A stretch of 64,000 nt of DNA, taken from positions 3,275,096 through 3,339,095 of the forward strand of contig OZ240206.1 of the NCBI GenBank assembly GCA_965197405.1, in the 5' to 3' direction. The stretch comes from Dehalococcoidia bacterium. GTDB lineage: Bacteria > Chloroflexota > Dehalococcoidia > Lucifugimonadales > JAGWBF01. The position numbers and the translations under genes are program-made. A model generated the notes under the pieces. The model made no database searches. It was not told the origin of the DNA and was given only the letters and a program-made list of their open reading frames with translations. Each line of letters starts with the position of its first letter. Positions within the stretch are counted from its first letter, which is position 1. This document shows, in pieces, positions 7,433 through 19,500 of this stretch.

Positions 7433-9808
7433 CTACGCCCCCTCCCCCTTCTCCATCCGGTAGCCGACGCGAGGCTCAGTGAGAATGTATGTGGGGTTGT
7501 TGGCGTCGTCGCCCAGCTTGCGGCGGAGCTGCTTGGCGGCGGTGCGCACCCGCCGCGAGTCGCCCGACCTCCGCAGGCCCCAGACCCGTCGCAGCAGCCG
7601 GTCGTAGGTCAACACGCGACCGGCGTTGACCGAAAGCTCGAAGAGCAGTCCGTACTCGATGGCGGTCAGCCGCACGGGACGCCCGGCCAGTGTCACGCGA
7701 CGCTCGGCGTAGTCGACGGCCAGCTCCCCCAGCACGAAGGGTTCCGACGGCTCGGCCCATTCGGGCGCTTCCCGCTTGCGCAGGGCCGCCTTGATCCTGG
7801 CCACAAGCTCCATCGGCGAGAAGGGCTTGACCACGTAATCGTCGGCCCCATTCGCGAAGGCCCTGGCGATGGTCTCTTCCTGGCCGTAGGCTGACAGGAA
7901 GATAACCGGAACGTCGGCCATGTCGAGGATGCCCCGCATCAGCTCGATGCCGTCGGTCCCCGGCAGCATCAGGTCCAGCAGCACCAGGTGGGGGTCGTTC
8001 GCCTCCACCAGGCTGAGCGCCTCCTCCGGGTCTCCGGTCAGGACCGGGGCGTAGCCCGCATTCGTGAGCGCGTCCCGGACGTGCCTGAGCGTCTGCGGGT
8101 CGTCGTCCACCGCGAGGATGCGTTCCCGTTCCCTCTCCGACCGCCCGGAGCGCACCGGGAGATTGGCGGCCCCGATACCGGCGTCCTGGGCCACCGGAAT
8201 GGTGAAGGTGAACCGCGCCCCCAGGCCCGGCCCGTCGCTCTCGGCCCATATCCGGCCCCCGTGGGCCTCCACTATCCCCTTGCAGATGGCGAGGCCCAGG
8301 CCGGACCCCGCGATGTCCCGTCCCCGGTCCTCGCCGTCGATGCGGGAGAACTTCCGAAACAGGTGCGGCAGCCGCTCGGCGGCGATCCCTCTGCCCTCGT
8401 CCGTGACCGAGACGGCCACGTGGTAGCCCTCCCGCACGGCGGACACCCCTATGGCCGACGCCTCGTGGGAGTGCCGGGCCGCGTTGGAGAGCAGGTTGTT
8501 CAGCACCTGGATGATGCGCCTCCCATCCGCCATGACCAGTGGCAACTCCGGCGAGAGGTCGATGCGGAGGTTGTTCCTGCCCCCTCCGCTCTGGAACCTG
8601 CTCCTGGCCTCGTCCACCAGGCTCGCCACCTCCGCCGGCGCGGGGGCGACCGGCAGCTCGCCCGTCTCGATGCGCGCCACGTCCAGCAGGTCGCCGATCA
8701 GGTCGCGCATGTAGTCGGCCTGCTCGCCGATGATGCGGAAGAACTGGAGCATCTCGGCGGGGTCCAGGTCGGACGCCGCCTCCGTCAGCGTGGCGGCGGA
8801 GCCCTTGATGGCGGCCAGCGGCGTCCTCAACTCGTGGCTCACCATGCCCAGGAACTCGGCCCGCAGCCGCTCCAGCTCCTCCAGCGGCGTCATGTCCTGT
8901 AGGGTGACGACCACTGAAACGACCTCGCCCCCCTCCGAGCGGATGGGCGTGGCGTTGACCAGGGTGGTGACGCTCCCCCCGTCGGGGACCTCGATGACGA
9001 TCTCCTCGGCGCGCACCGTCTCGCCCGTGCTCAGCGCCTGGGCCAGAGGGAACTCCTCCAGGGAGACCTCCCGGCCGTCGGCCCGCCGGAAGGTCAGCAT
9101 GTCGAGGAGCTGCTCCGCAGAGCCATCGGGCATGTGCAGGCCGCTGACGATCCTCCTGGCCTCCCGGTTGACCGACGTCACGCCGCCCGTCTTCGCGTCG
9201 AACACCAGGACGCCCACCGGCGAGGTGTCGATCAGAGTCTCCATGTCGGCCCTGGCCCGCTGCTCGTCGCGGTGCCTGCGGGCGTTGGCGATGACCAGCG
9301 CCGCCTGGGAGGCGAACATCACCAGGGTCTCCTCGTCTTCGGGGGTGAACTCCAGATCCTTCTCGCCCACGTAGAAGGCCCCGACGCTCTCCCCAAGGTG
9401 GCGGATGGGCGCGGCAAGAAAGGGCAGCGGGGAGCTCACCGCCATCGGCGGGCGGAACTCGGGCAGGCCCAACTCCCTGACGTAGCTGTGGAAGTCCCGC
9501 AGCCGCAGCGGTTCACTGATGCTGCTCAGGTACTCGAAGAACAGCATCCCGTTGGGAAATTCGGCGAACCGCCGGCTCTCCTCGGGAGTCAGCCCGGAAT
9601 AGAGGAAGTCCTGTACCTGTCCCGATTCGTTTAGGAGGGTGATGACGCCGTAGCGCGCCCCGGTCAGGGAGCAGGCTGAGTCCAGCACCCCCTGGAGCAC
9701 CGTGTCGAAGTCGAGGCTCTCGTTGATGCGCAGGCTGGCCTGGCTGAGGCGGGCCAGCCGGTCCCGCAGCTCCGCTATCTCCCGCTGAGGCTCGTCTGCC
9801 TGTTCCAT
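7433..9808 (-). CDS. Hybrid sensor histidine kinase fused to a complete OmpR-type response regulator (GAF-PAS-HisKA-HATPase-REC-wHTH)
   Basis: H-box SHELRTPLAAI. N/G boxes NLLSNAARHS, DEGRGI and GSGLGLAI. The receiver reads ILAVDDDPQ...LVLLDLMLPG...VVKPF. The winged helix reads LTAIEYGLLFEL...LRRKLGDD...ILTEPRVGYRM. The start is taken at ATG 9808, behind GAGGGGGGAA. Confidence 0.85.
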   Translation of the reverse strand: MEQADEPQREIAELRDRLARLSQASLRINESLDFDTVLQGVLDSACSLTGARYGVITLLNESGQVQDFLYSGLTPEESRRFAEFPNGMLFFEYLSSISEPLRLRDFHSYVRELGLPEFRPPMAVSSPLPFLAAPIRHLGESVGAFYVGEKDLEFTPEDEETLVMFASQAALVIANARRHRDEQRARADMETLIDTSPVGVLVFDAKTGGVTSVNREARRIVSGLHMPDGSAEQLLDMLTFRRADGREVSLEEFPLAQALSTGETVRAEEIVIEVPDGGSVTTLVNATPIRSEGGEVVSVVVTLQDMTPLEELERLRAEFLGMVSHELRTPLAAIKGSAATLTEAASDLDPAEMLQFFRIIGEQADYMRDLIGDLLDVARIETGELPVAPAPAEVASLVDEARSRFQSGGGRNNLRIDLSPELPLVMADGRRIIQVLNNLLSNAARHSHEASAIGVSAVREGYHVAVSVTDEGRGIAAERLPHLFRKFSRIDGEDRGRDIAGSGLGLAICKGIVEAHGGRIWAESDGPGLGARFTFTIPVAQDAGIGAANLPVRSGRSERERERILAVDDDPQTLRHVRDALTNAGYAPVLTGDPEEALSLVEANDPHLVLLDLMLPGTDGIELMRGILDMADVPVIFLSAYGQEETIARAFANGADDYVVKPFSPMELVARIKAALRKREAPEWAEPSEPFVLGELAVDYAERRVTLAGRPVRLTAIEYGLLFELSVNAGRVLTYDRLLRRVWGLRRSGDSRRVRTAAKQLRRKLGDDANNPTYILTEPRVGYRMEKGEGA

Positions 9809-10121
9809 TTCCCCCCTCGAACCGGGCTGCCGACGGCCATGAGCCGCCGCCGCGCCGGATGCGGGATTCGGGACGCGAACCGCCCGGCCAGCCCCAATTA
9901 TAGCTGGCCCGGGCAAAACTCACAACAGATTCGGTTGGAAAAGTCTTGACTCTCACAGATACCTCACAGACATTTTGGTAAAATGCGGTGCATGGCTGCC
10001 CATTTTTCGGGAGATATTCACTTGGCACTCGACAGGCCGATAGACGGAGTGGAGAAAGTGGCCGCACCGGCCGCGTTCGAGACTGCCTTCCGTTGCCTAA
10101 CTAGCACAGACGTTCACCCCC

Positions 10122-10318
10122 CTGACAAGGGTATGTATTTCATTCGGGACTTACCCAGTTGAACGTGAGACCCATATAGTGGAGTAGGCTTTGTCAGATG
10201 CAAGATCGCTCTCCAATATCCACTACCAGACCCATTCCGTCATTCCGGCGAAGGCCGGAATCCAGGGGTGGCGGGGCTGGTTCGTAGCTATAATCTCGTT
10301 CTTACATACCCTTGTCAG
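10122..10318. mobile_element. MITE-like element (197 bp) with 16-bp perfect terminal inverted repeats
   Basis: CTGACAAGGGTATGTA (10122-10137) pairs with TACATACCCTTGTCAG (10303-10318). The interior is AT-richer and carries the hairpin CGTCATTCCGGCGAAGGCCGGAATCCAG (10239-10266). Both flanks are C-runs. Confidence 0.7.
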
Positions 10319-10584
10319 CCCCCCCCGATTTTCCCTTCGCTCTAGCACCCTCGCCCCCTCCGGCTCATACCGGCAGGCCCGGCCCTCTCCCATCGCCGCT
10401 CCCTCTGAGCGCGCGCCCGAAACCTTCAGAGTCCTCGAAGGACGCTTGCCCGGGCGCTTGCCGCGTGCCAGCGTCCGATGCCTTCAACCATGCACCGCAC
10501 CGCGCCCTCCGCGCCGCCATTGGCTGACGCCTGTGGACCGGACTGGGGGCGTCCCATACCTCCGCACAAGGACGAGGAGGGGCC

Positions 10585-13500
10585 ATGACTCGCACCGATA
10601 GACGACGATTCCCCGTCCTGCTGGCCGTCATAGCGGCCCTGGCCCTGGCGATGGCCATGCCCTTCTCCATGGTCCATGCCCAGTCGGTCTCGGAGGGCGT
10701 CGACGACTGTCCCCGCAACACCACCACCACTTGCGAGGTGGAGGTGGGCGGCTCCGTCATGGGCACGATCGGCAACGACCTCGACACCGACTGGTTCAGG
10801 GTAGAGTTGAAGGCGGGCCGGACCTACCGGATCGACATGAAGGGCGCGATTCTCGTCGCCCCCGACACCCTCCTGGACCGCGAGCTCACCCTGCGCCTCC
10901 CGCAGATCAACACGATCCGTGGGAGGAATGGCGGTCAGCTTGTCAACACGTTTGGCCGCGACGAATCAAGCGCCCACCACCTGTTCCGTGTGACGTTTCA
11001 CGCCCATGCCGATGGCGCCCATTACATCGCGGCGAGCGGCGAGTCGTTCGAGAAGGGCGGCTACAAGCTGCGCGTCATCGACATCACGCGGGACGACGAC
11101 GCCACGCCGGTCGCCGTGACTGTCCAGTTCGGCGCGGCCAGCTACACCGCCACCGAGGGCGGGACCGCCGCCACGGTCACCGTCAATCTGAGCGCCGACC
11201 CGGAGCGTTCCGTGACAATCCCCGTCACCGCCGCAGGCGCAAACGGGGCCGGGAGCGGCGACTACACCCTGTCGGAGACGTCGGTGACCATCGACAGCGG
11301 CGAAACCTCGGCCACCTTCATCGTCACCGCCACCGACGACAGCGTGGACGACGACGGCGAGAGCGTGAACCTGAGCTTCGGCACTCTGCCCGACGCGGTG
11401 AGCCGCGGGGCGCTGGCCACCGCGTCGGTGAGCCTGGTCGACGACGACGGCGCCGACACCACCGCCCCGACGGTGGACTCGGCGACTGTGTCCCAGGACG
11501 GCACCAGCATCGACGTCGTCTTCGACGAGGACCTGGACGCCACCGGCTCGGAGCCCGCGGCGTCGGCGTTCGGGGTCACCGTCGACGGAGGCACTGCGGT
11601 CAACCCGGCGAGCGTGGCGATCAGTGACGACACGGTCACCCTGACCATGGCCTCCGCCGACGCCATCGCGGCGGGCGCGGCGGTCACCGTCGCCTACGAC
11701 AAGCCGACTTCCAACGCCCTGGCCGACGCCGCGAGCAACGAGGTCGAGTCGTTCACCGGCACGGACGCGATTGCCGCGTCCAACCGTCCGGCTGCTCCGG
11801 GCAAGCCGCAGAATGTTCAGCTCGTCTTTGAGGAGACGACGAGCGGCTATGACGCGAAGCTCTCGTGGGATGCGCCCGACGATCTCGGCGGCGGCACATT
11901 CCAAAGTTACAACTGGTTCCTGACCAAATCGGTAGGCGATGGCAACCTAGTCATCGAGTCGGACGACAGTCAGCAGACTGCGCCTGCGGCTGACTCGCCG
12001 ATCAGGGAGAGCCTGCCCTCGCCGGAGATTGGCGATGTCTACAAACTAACTGTCACGGTGTGGAACGAGGCCGCCTCCGCCTCCGCTGCGCGCAGTGCAA
12101 TCTTCGTGCACGGCGAAACGGGGGTGCCCGAGGTCACGCAGGCTGCAATTAGAAGTGACGGGCTGCTGCTTGCCTGGAGTGCGCCCGAGATCGCTTCAAG
12201 CCTGGATGTCACCGGCTACCAGGCCCGCTACAAGCTGACCGGCGCGGCCGACGTCGACGACAGCTGGACGACGGTTGCGGCCGGCGCCACCAGCCCGTAC
12301 ACAATCACGGGCCTCGCGGACAGCGCCGGCTACAACGTGCGGATGCGGGCGGTCATTGAATGGAACAGCGGCGACTATTACGGCGACTGGTCGGAAGCGA
12401 AGCGTGCGGACAACCCCTCGATCGTCGCCGGCGGGGTGGAAGTGAGCTCAGACCCGGATAGCGACAACACCTACGGACGAGGCGAGACCATCGAGTTCAC
12501 GGTCGAATTCAACGAGGCGGTGACAGTCACCGGCGAGCCGGAGTTCGAGTTCTGCCTTGGGGCTGTTGACGCTTCCTGTACGGAGGGCACGGACCCGCCA
12601 GCGCGGCGGCGGGCCGCGCACAGCTCCGGCGACGGCACTGACAAGCTGGTGTTCAGCTATGTCGTGGGCCTGAGATTCACCGACCTCGACACGGACGGCA
12701 TCCGGATCGGCGACAGCGCCATCAGGCTCGGCGACGACGAAAAGATCGTCAGCGCCGACACTGAAACTGCGGCCTATCTCAGCCATGCGGCGCTCGGCAT
12801 CCAGACGGGCCACAGGGTGGACGACTCCAACGTGGCTGACACGACGGCGCCGTCGGTGTCGTCGGCGAAGGTGTCGGAGGACGGTATGACCATCCTTATC
12901 GTCTTCGACCAGGCGCTGGACAGCAGCTCGACAGTGGAGACCGGGGAGTTCGCGGTGACGGTGGGCGCGGCGTTGCCGAGGAAACCGTTGGGCGCGGCGC
13001 TGAGCGGCGCCGATACGGTGACACTGACCATCCACGACCCCCTCAACGTCACCCCGACCACGGCGATTGCGGCGGGCGAGACGGTGAGTGTGGCGTACAC
13101 CGCGCCGGCCACGGGCGGCCTGCAGGACAACAGCAGCAACAAGGCAGCGGGGTTCACCGAGAACGTGATCAACCGGCCCGCCAAGCCCACCGGGTTGACG
13201 CTGACCGACGGCCACGAAAAGCTGACAGCGTCGTGGACGGCGCCCACTGCGACAGGCGGCAGCGCCATCACCCGCTACGACGTGGAGTGGAAGACCGCCG
13301 CCCAGACCTGGGCCGAGGCCGCCACCGCCGGGCAGTCCGCAACCGCCGCGGCCGATGCCACCACCCATGAGATCACCGGCCTGACCAACGACACCGAGTA
13401 CACGGTGCGGGTGCGGGCGGTGAACGGCGCGGGGAACGGCCCGTGGAGCACGGAGGAGTCGGAAACGCCGGCAGTTCCCGCCAACAAGAATGCCGACCTT

Positions 13501-16500
13501 GCCGACCTGAGCATTGAGGGCGTCACCGTGGAGGGCTTTGACAAGGACACCCTCTCCTACGAGGTCGTGGTCGTCCTCCCGGCCCGCTCAGGCGTCAACT
13601 TTGTCACCATCGAGACTACGACGGTGAACGACCAGGCCACGGTCGGTTACCTCCCCGTCGCCACCGACGCCAGCGTCGCCAGCCCCGGCTACCAGGTGAC
13701 CGTGCTCCTTAGGACGCCGACCACGTACAGGATCACGGTCACCTCGGCGGACGGGAGCGTGACCAAGGAGTACGCGATCGAGATCACGCGCTACACGCTG
13801 CCCGGCGCGCCGCGCAGGCTGGACGCGAGGGCCAGCCACCGGCAGGTCGAGCTCTCCTGGAACGATCCGGACAACAGCGACATCGAGAGCTACCAGTACC
13901 GGGTGAGCGGCGACGGCGGCAACACCTGGGACCCGGACTGGACCGAGATCAACGGCAGCGGCGCCTCGACCACCGGCCTTACGCTGACCGACCTGGACCA
14001 CCGCACGGAGTACAAGTTTGAGGTGCGGGCGGTGGTTCAGGGAGCCGCGGGCGCGGCTGCGTCGGTCACCGCCACGCCGGACGACGACTTTCCCAACGAC
14101 ACCACCACCACCGGGGAGTTGGACGTGGGCGGCTCGGTCACGGGCAACATCGAATTCGGAGATGACGTGGACTGGTTCAAGGTCGTGCTGGAGGCGGGCA
14201 CGCGATACCAAATCGACCTTGAGGGCGCGGATACCGGCCGCGGCACCCTGGTAGACCCGGCTATAGAATTCCTCGCCGATTCGATGGGCGACGGGATTGC
14301 AGATACAGAAGACTCCGATAATGGCGTGGGCAAGAACGCCCGGGCTATCTACACGCCAACCGCGGCCGGCGCCTACTACGTGAGTGTATCGTCTGAGACC
14401 TCAGCGCCGGGCACCTACACGGTGTCGGTGATCGTGCTGGGCGCGAACGGCGCCTCGGAGGCCGACACGGACTTTCCCGACACGACCTCCACCACCGGCC
14501 GGGTCGAGGTCGGGGCCTCGGCCACGGGCAACATCCACACCGGTGGCAACAGGGACGCGTTCCGCGTCGACCTGAACGCAGGCAAGGTCTACCAGGTCGA
14601 CCTGGAGGGAGCGGGGACCAACAGGGGCAGCCTGGATGACCCGCAACTGTTCGCGATCGCCGATTCGACTGGTTCTTCGATATCCGGGGGGGACAACAAT
14701 GACATCAGCAGCAGCAACCTCAACAGCCGGGTGACCTTCACGCCGACCGACGCCGGCAGCTACTACGTGTTGGTCAGGGGCAACGGCACGAGCACCGGCA
14801 CCTACACGCTGTCGGTGCGCGACGTCACGCCGCCCGACGCTCCGGGCGGCCTGGACGCGCAGGCCAGCTACCGGCAGGTCGACCTCTCCTGGAACGATCC
14901 GGACAACAGCGACATCGACAGCTACCAGTACCGGGTGAGCGACGACGGCGGCAACACCTGGGACCCGGACTGGACCGAGATCGACGGCAGCGACGCCTCG
15001 ACCACCGGCCTTACGCTGACCGACCTGGACCACCGCACGGCGTACAGGTTTGAGGTGCGGGTGATGGTTCAGGGAGCCGCGGGCGCGGCTGCGTCGGTCG
15101 CCGCCACGCCGGCGGCGACCACCGTGCCCCACGACTGGGACCTGCGGCCGCCGGGCGTGGCCACGGGGAAGACTTTCCGCCTGCTGATCGTCACCTCCGA
15201 CAGGCGCAACGGTCAATCGGGGGATGTCGACGATTACAACGACCACGTGCAGGATGCAGCGGCTTCGGGCCATTCGGACATCCAAGACTACAGTTCGGAG
15301 TTCCGGGCGCTGGTCGGGACCAAGGGCGGCGCCTCGCCCAGGGACAACACCCACTCGAATAAGAACAGCGACGGGCGGGGCGAGCAGATCTGGTGGCTGA
15401 ACGGCCCCAGGGCCGCCAACGACTACGACGATTTCTACGACGGCTCCTGGGACCACACCAACCCGGTGAGGCTCGAATCGGGCAACTCCCGTACCTTCTA
15501 CGACGTGGACGACAATGACGAGCAATTTTATAAGCGGATAATCTGGACGGGCGCCACGGCCGAGGGGGCTCGCTCCGGCAGCAGGCACCTGGGAAGCGAC
15601 GACGGTGAAGGCTATGTCGGCGTTCCCTACTTCGAGAACGGCCCGTTGCGACTTGGTGGCCGGTGGGTAACAACCAACAGATCCCTCCGTTTGTACGGTC
15701 TCTCTCCGGTCTTCCTCGTCGAGGCGCCGGACGCTCCCTACGCGACGACGGCCGCCATCACGACGGACCCGGCCAACGGGACCGACTACCGGACCGGCGA
15801 GGTGGTCAAGGCCACTGTGACCTTCAGCGAGGACGTGACGGTGACGGGGACGCCGCAGTTGCCGCTGCAAATCGGCGGCGATGAGCGCGACGCTGACTAC
15901 GCGGCCGGCGACAGCAGCTCCACCGTGCTGTCGTTCTCATACGTTGTCACCGACGATGACACCGACCGGAACGGCATCTCCATCGACGCCTTCGCCCTGA
16001 AGCTCAACGGAGGCACCATCAAGCGCACGGACACCGACGTGGACGCGGCGCTGACCCATACACGCGTCCTCGACGACGATGACCACAAGGTGAACCTGCC
16101 GCCGCTCATCACCGGCGTCGAGGTGACGTCCACCCCGCAGGCGGCCAACGACACCTACGGGCTGGGGGAGGACATCGAGATCACCGTCACCTTCAGCGAG
16201 GCGGTGAACGTCACCGGAGACGTCGAGTTCGGGATCAGCGCCGGCGGGCCGAAGCAGGCGCGGCTCAAGAGCGGCAGCGGCACCACCGAACTGGTGTTCG
16301 CCTACAAGGTGCAGGCCGCCGACGAGGACGACGACGGCATCTGGATCGGCAACCACAACACCGACCACCCGACCTTCGACCTCCAGGCCGGCCAGTCCGT
16401 CGTCGGCGTCGACTCGGGACGCCCCGCCTTGCTGGAGCACAGCGTGGAAGGCACCCAGGGCGGCCACAAGGTGGACGGCGACAATACAGCAGCCGACGCC

Positions 16501-19500
16501 ACCCTGTCGGCGCTGTCGCTGAGCGGGATCACTTTGGACCAGACGTTCACCGCGGGCGCTGCGGGCACGGCGGTCACCAGCTTCACCGCCACGACGGATG
16601 CCGCCCCCACCACGGTGACGGCCATTCTGACGGCCACGCCCACCCAGAGCGGCGCCAGCGTGGCGATCACTCCCGCCGACGCCGACATCAACACCACCGA
16701 CCACGAGGTGGACCTGGACGTCGGCGACACTGTCATCACCATCGCGGTGACCTCCAGCAACGGCGACGTAGTGCGCACATACACCATCACCGTCACCCGC
16801 CCGGCGGGGATCGGGGTGCCTCACGACTGGGACCTGAGGCCGCCGGGCATCGCCACGGGGAAGACGTTCCGCCTGCTGATCGTCACCTCCGACAGGCGCA
16901 ACGGTGAATCGGGGGATGTCGACGATTACAACGATCACGTGCAGGATGCGGTGGCTTCGGGCCATTCGGCCATCCAAGACTACAGCTCGGGTTTCCGGGC
17001 GCTGGTCGGGACCAAGGGCGGCGCCTCGCCCAGGGACAACACCCACTCAAATAAGGATAGCGACGGGCGGGGCGAGCAGATCTGGTGGCTGAAGGGCCCC
17101 AAGGCCGCCGACAACTACGTCGATTTCTACGACGGCGACTGGGACCACACCAACCCGGTGAGGCTCGAATCGGGCAACTCCCGTACCTTCTACGACGTGG
17201 ACGCCAATGAACAACAATTTAATCGCCGGATAATCTGGACGGGCTCCCGGTACGACGGGGTTCGCTCCGGTAGCAGGCACCTGGGAAGCGACGGCGGGCA
17301 AGCCTATGTCGGCGTTCCCTACTTCGAGAACGGCCCGTTGCGATATGGTAGCCGGCGCGTAGATACCTACAGATCCCTCAGTTTGTACGGTCTCTCTCCG
17401 GTCTTCCTCGTAGAGGCGCCGGACGCTCCCTACGCGACAACGGCCGCCATCACAACGGACCCGGCCAACGGGACCGACTACCGGACCGGCGAGGTGGTCA
17501 AGGCCACCGTGACCTTCAGCGAGGATGTGACGGTGATGGGGACGCCGCAGTTGCCGCTGCAAATCGGCGGCGAGGAGCGCGACGCTGACTACGCGGCCGG
17601 CGACAGCAGTTCCACCGTGCTGTCGTTCTCATACACAGTCACCGACGACGACACCGACCGGGACGGCATCTCCATCGACGCCTTCGCCCTGAAGCTCAAC
17701 GGAGGCAGCATCAAGCGCGAGGACACCAACGTGGACGCCGCGCTGACCCATACGCGCGTCCTCGACGACGATGACCAGCTCGTCAACCTGCGCCCCCTTA
17801 TCACGGACATTGAGGTGACCTCCACCCCCCAGGCGACCAACGCCAACGACACCTACGGGCTGGGGGAGGACATCGAGATCACCGTCACCTTCAGCGAGGC
17901 GGTGAACGTCACCGGAGACGTCGACTTCGGCCTCTCCGTCGGCGGGGCGAAGCGGGCGCGGCTGGCGCGCGGCAACGGCACCACCGAGCTGGTGTTCGCC
18001 TACACGGTGCAGTCCGGCGACGACGACGACAACGGCATTTTCATTGGCAACCAGGACTCTACCAACGCCACACTAGCCCTCCAGGACAGCCAGACCATCG
18101 TCGGCGCCGTCTCGGGCCTCCGCGCCGATCTCGACCACGATGAGGAGGGAAGAAAGGACGACCACAAGGTGGACGGCAGCCTGACCGCAGCCGACGCCAC
18201 CCTGTCGGCGCTGTCGCTGAGCGACATCACCCTGGTCCCGGCGTTCGCCCCCGGCGCCACGGCATACACCGCCACGACGAGACTCTCCTCCACCACGGTT
18301 ACCATCGCCATCTCCCAGGGTCAGAACGGGGCCACCGGTAGAATCACCGCCCCCGCCGACGCCGACCTCAACGCAAGCGGCCACCAGGTCAACCTCGCAG
18401 AAGACGCCGACACCGTCATCACCATCACGGTGACCTCTTCCAACGGCGACTCGATGCGCACCTACACCGTCACGGTCACCCGCCAGCCGGCGATCGAAGA
18501 CGACGCCACCCTGTCGGTGCTGGCGCTGAGCGGCGGAATCACCCTGGCCCCGGCGTTCGACCCACGCACCACGGCCTACGCCGCCACGACCACGGCCACC
18601 ACCACCACGGTGACGGCCACCGCCAGCCAGAGCGGCGCCAATATGGACATCGATCCCGACGACGCCGACACCAACACGACGGACCACGATGTGAACCTCG
18701 CAGAAGGCGACACCGTCATCACCGTCACGGTGATCTCCAGCAACGGCGACTCGACCCGCACCTACACCGTCACGGTCACCCGCGAGGCCGCAAACGGGAA
18801 CAGGTCCGCCCCGCCGCCGCCCAAAAACGTGCGGGCGGTCGAGGAGAAGGGCGGGGTCAGGCTGACCTGGCAGCCCCCCGACGGCCCCGCGGTCACCGGA
18901 TACCGCATCGAGCGCCGCCCCGCCGACGGGCAGGGCAGCGGTCCCCAGCGTTCCCACGGGCAGCCCAGGGACCACCACACCCTGGTGGAGGACACCGGCA
19001 GCGCCGATACCGGCTATACCGATGAGAGCGCGGAACAGGGCGTCGGGTACGAGTACCGGGTGACCGCCCGCAACGAGTCCGGCCCGGGCGAGGGCTCGGA
19101 CTGGGTGAGGTCCGGGCCGGAGCCGGCATCCAACGCTCCGGCCACCGGCGCGCCGACCATCAGAGGCACGGCGCAGGTGGGAAAGACATTGACGGCGGAC
19201 ATCACCGGCATCTCCGACGCCGACGGTCTGAGCGGCGAGACGTTCAGCTACCAGTGGGTATCCGGTGACGGAACAACCGATACGGATATCGAGGGTGCGA
19301 CCGGCTCGACCTATACCCTCGCAGCAGCCGACCAGGGCAGGTCGGTCAAGGTCAGGGTGACCTTCACCGACGACGGCGGCAACGAGGAGACCCTGACCAG
19401 CGCGCCCACGGGTCCGGTGCTGGGCGACGGCCCGCCGGGAGCGCCCCGCAACCTCACCGCCACCCCGGGAAACCAGGAGGTCACCCTTTCCTGGGACCCG

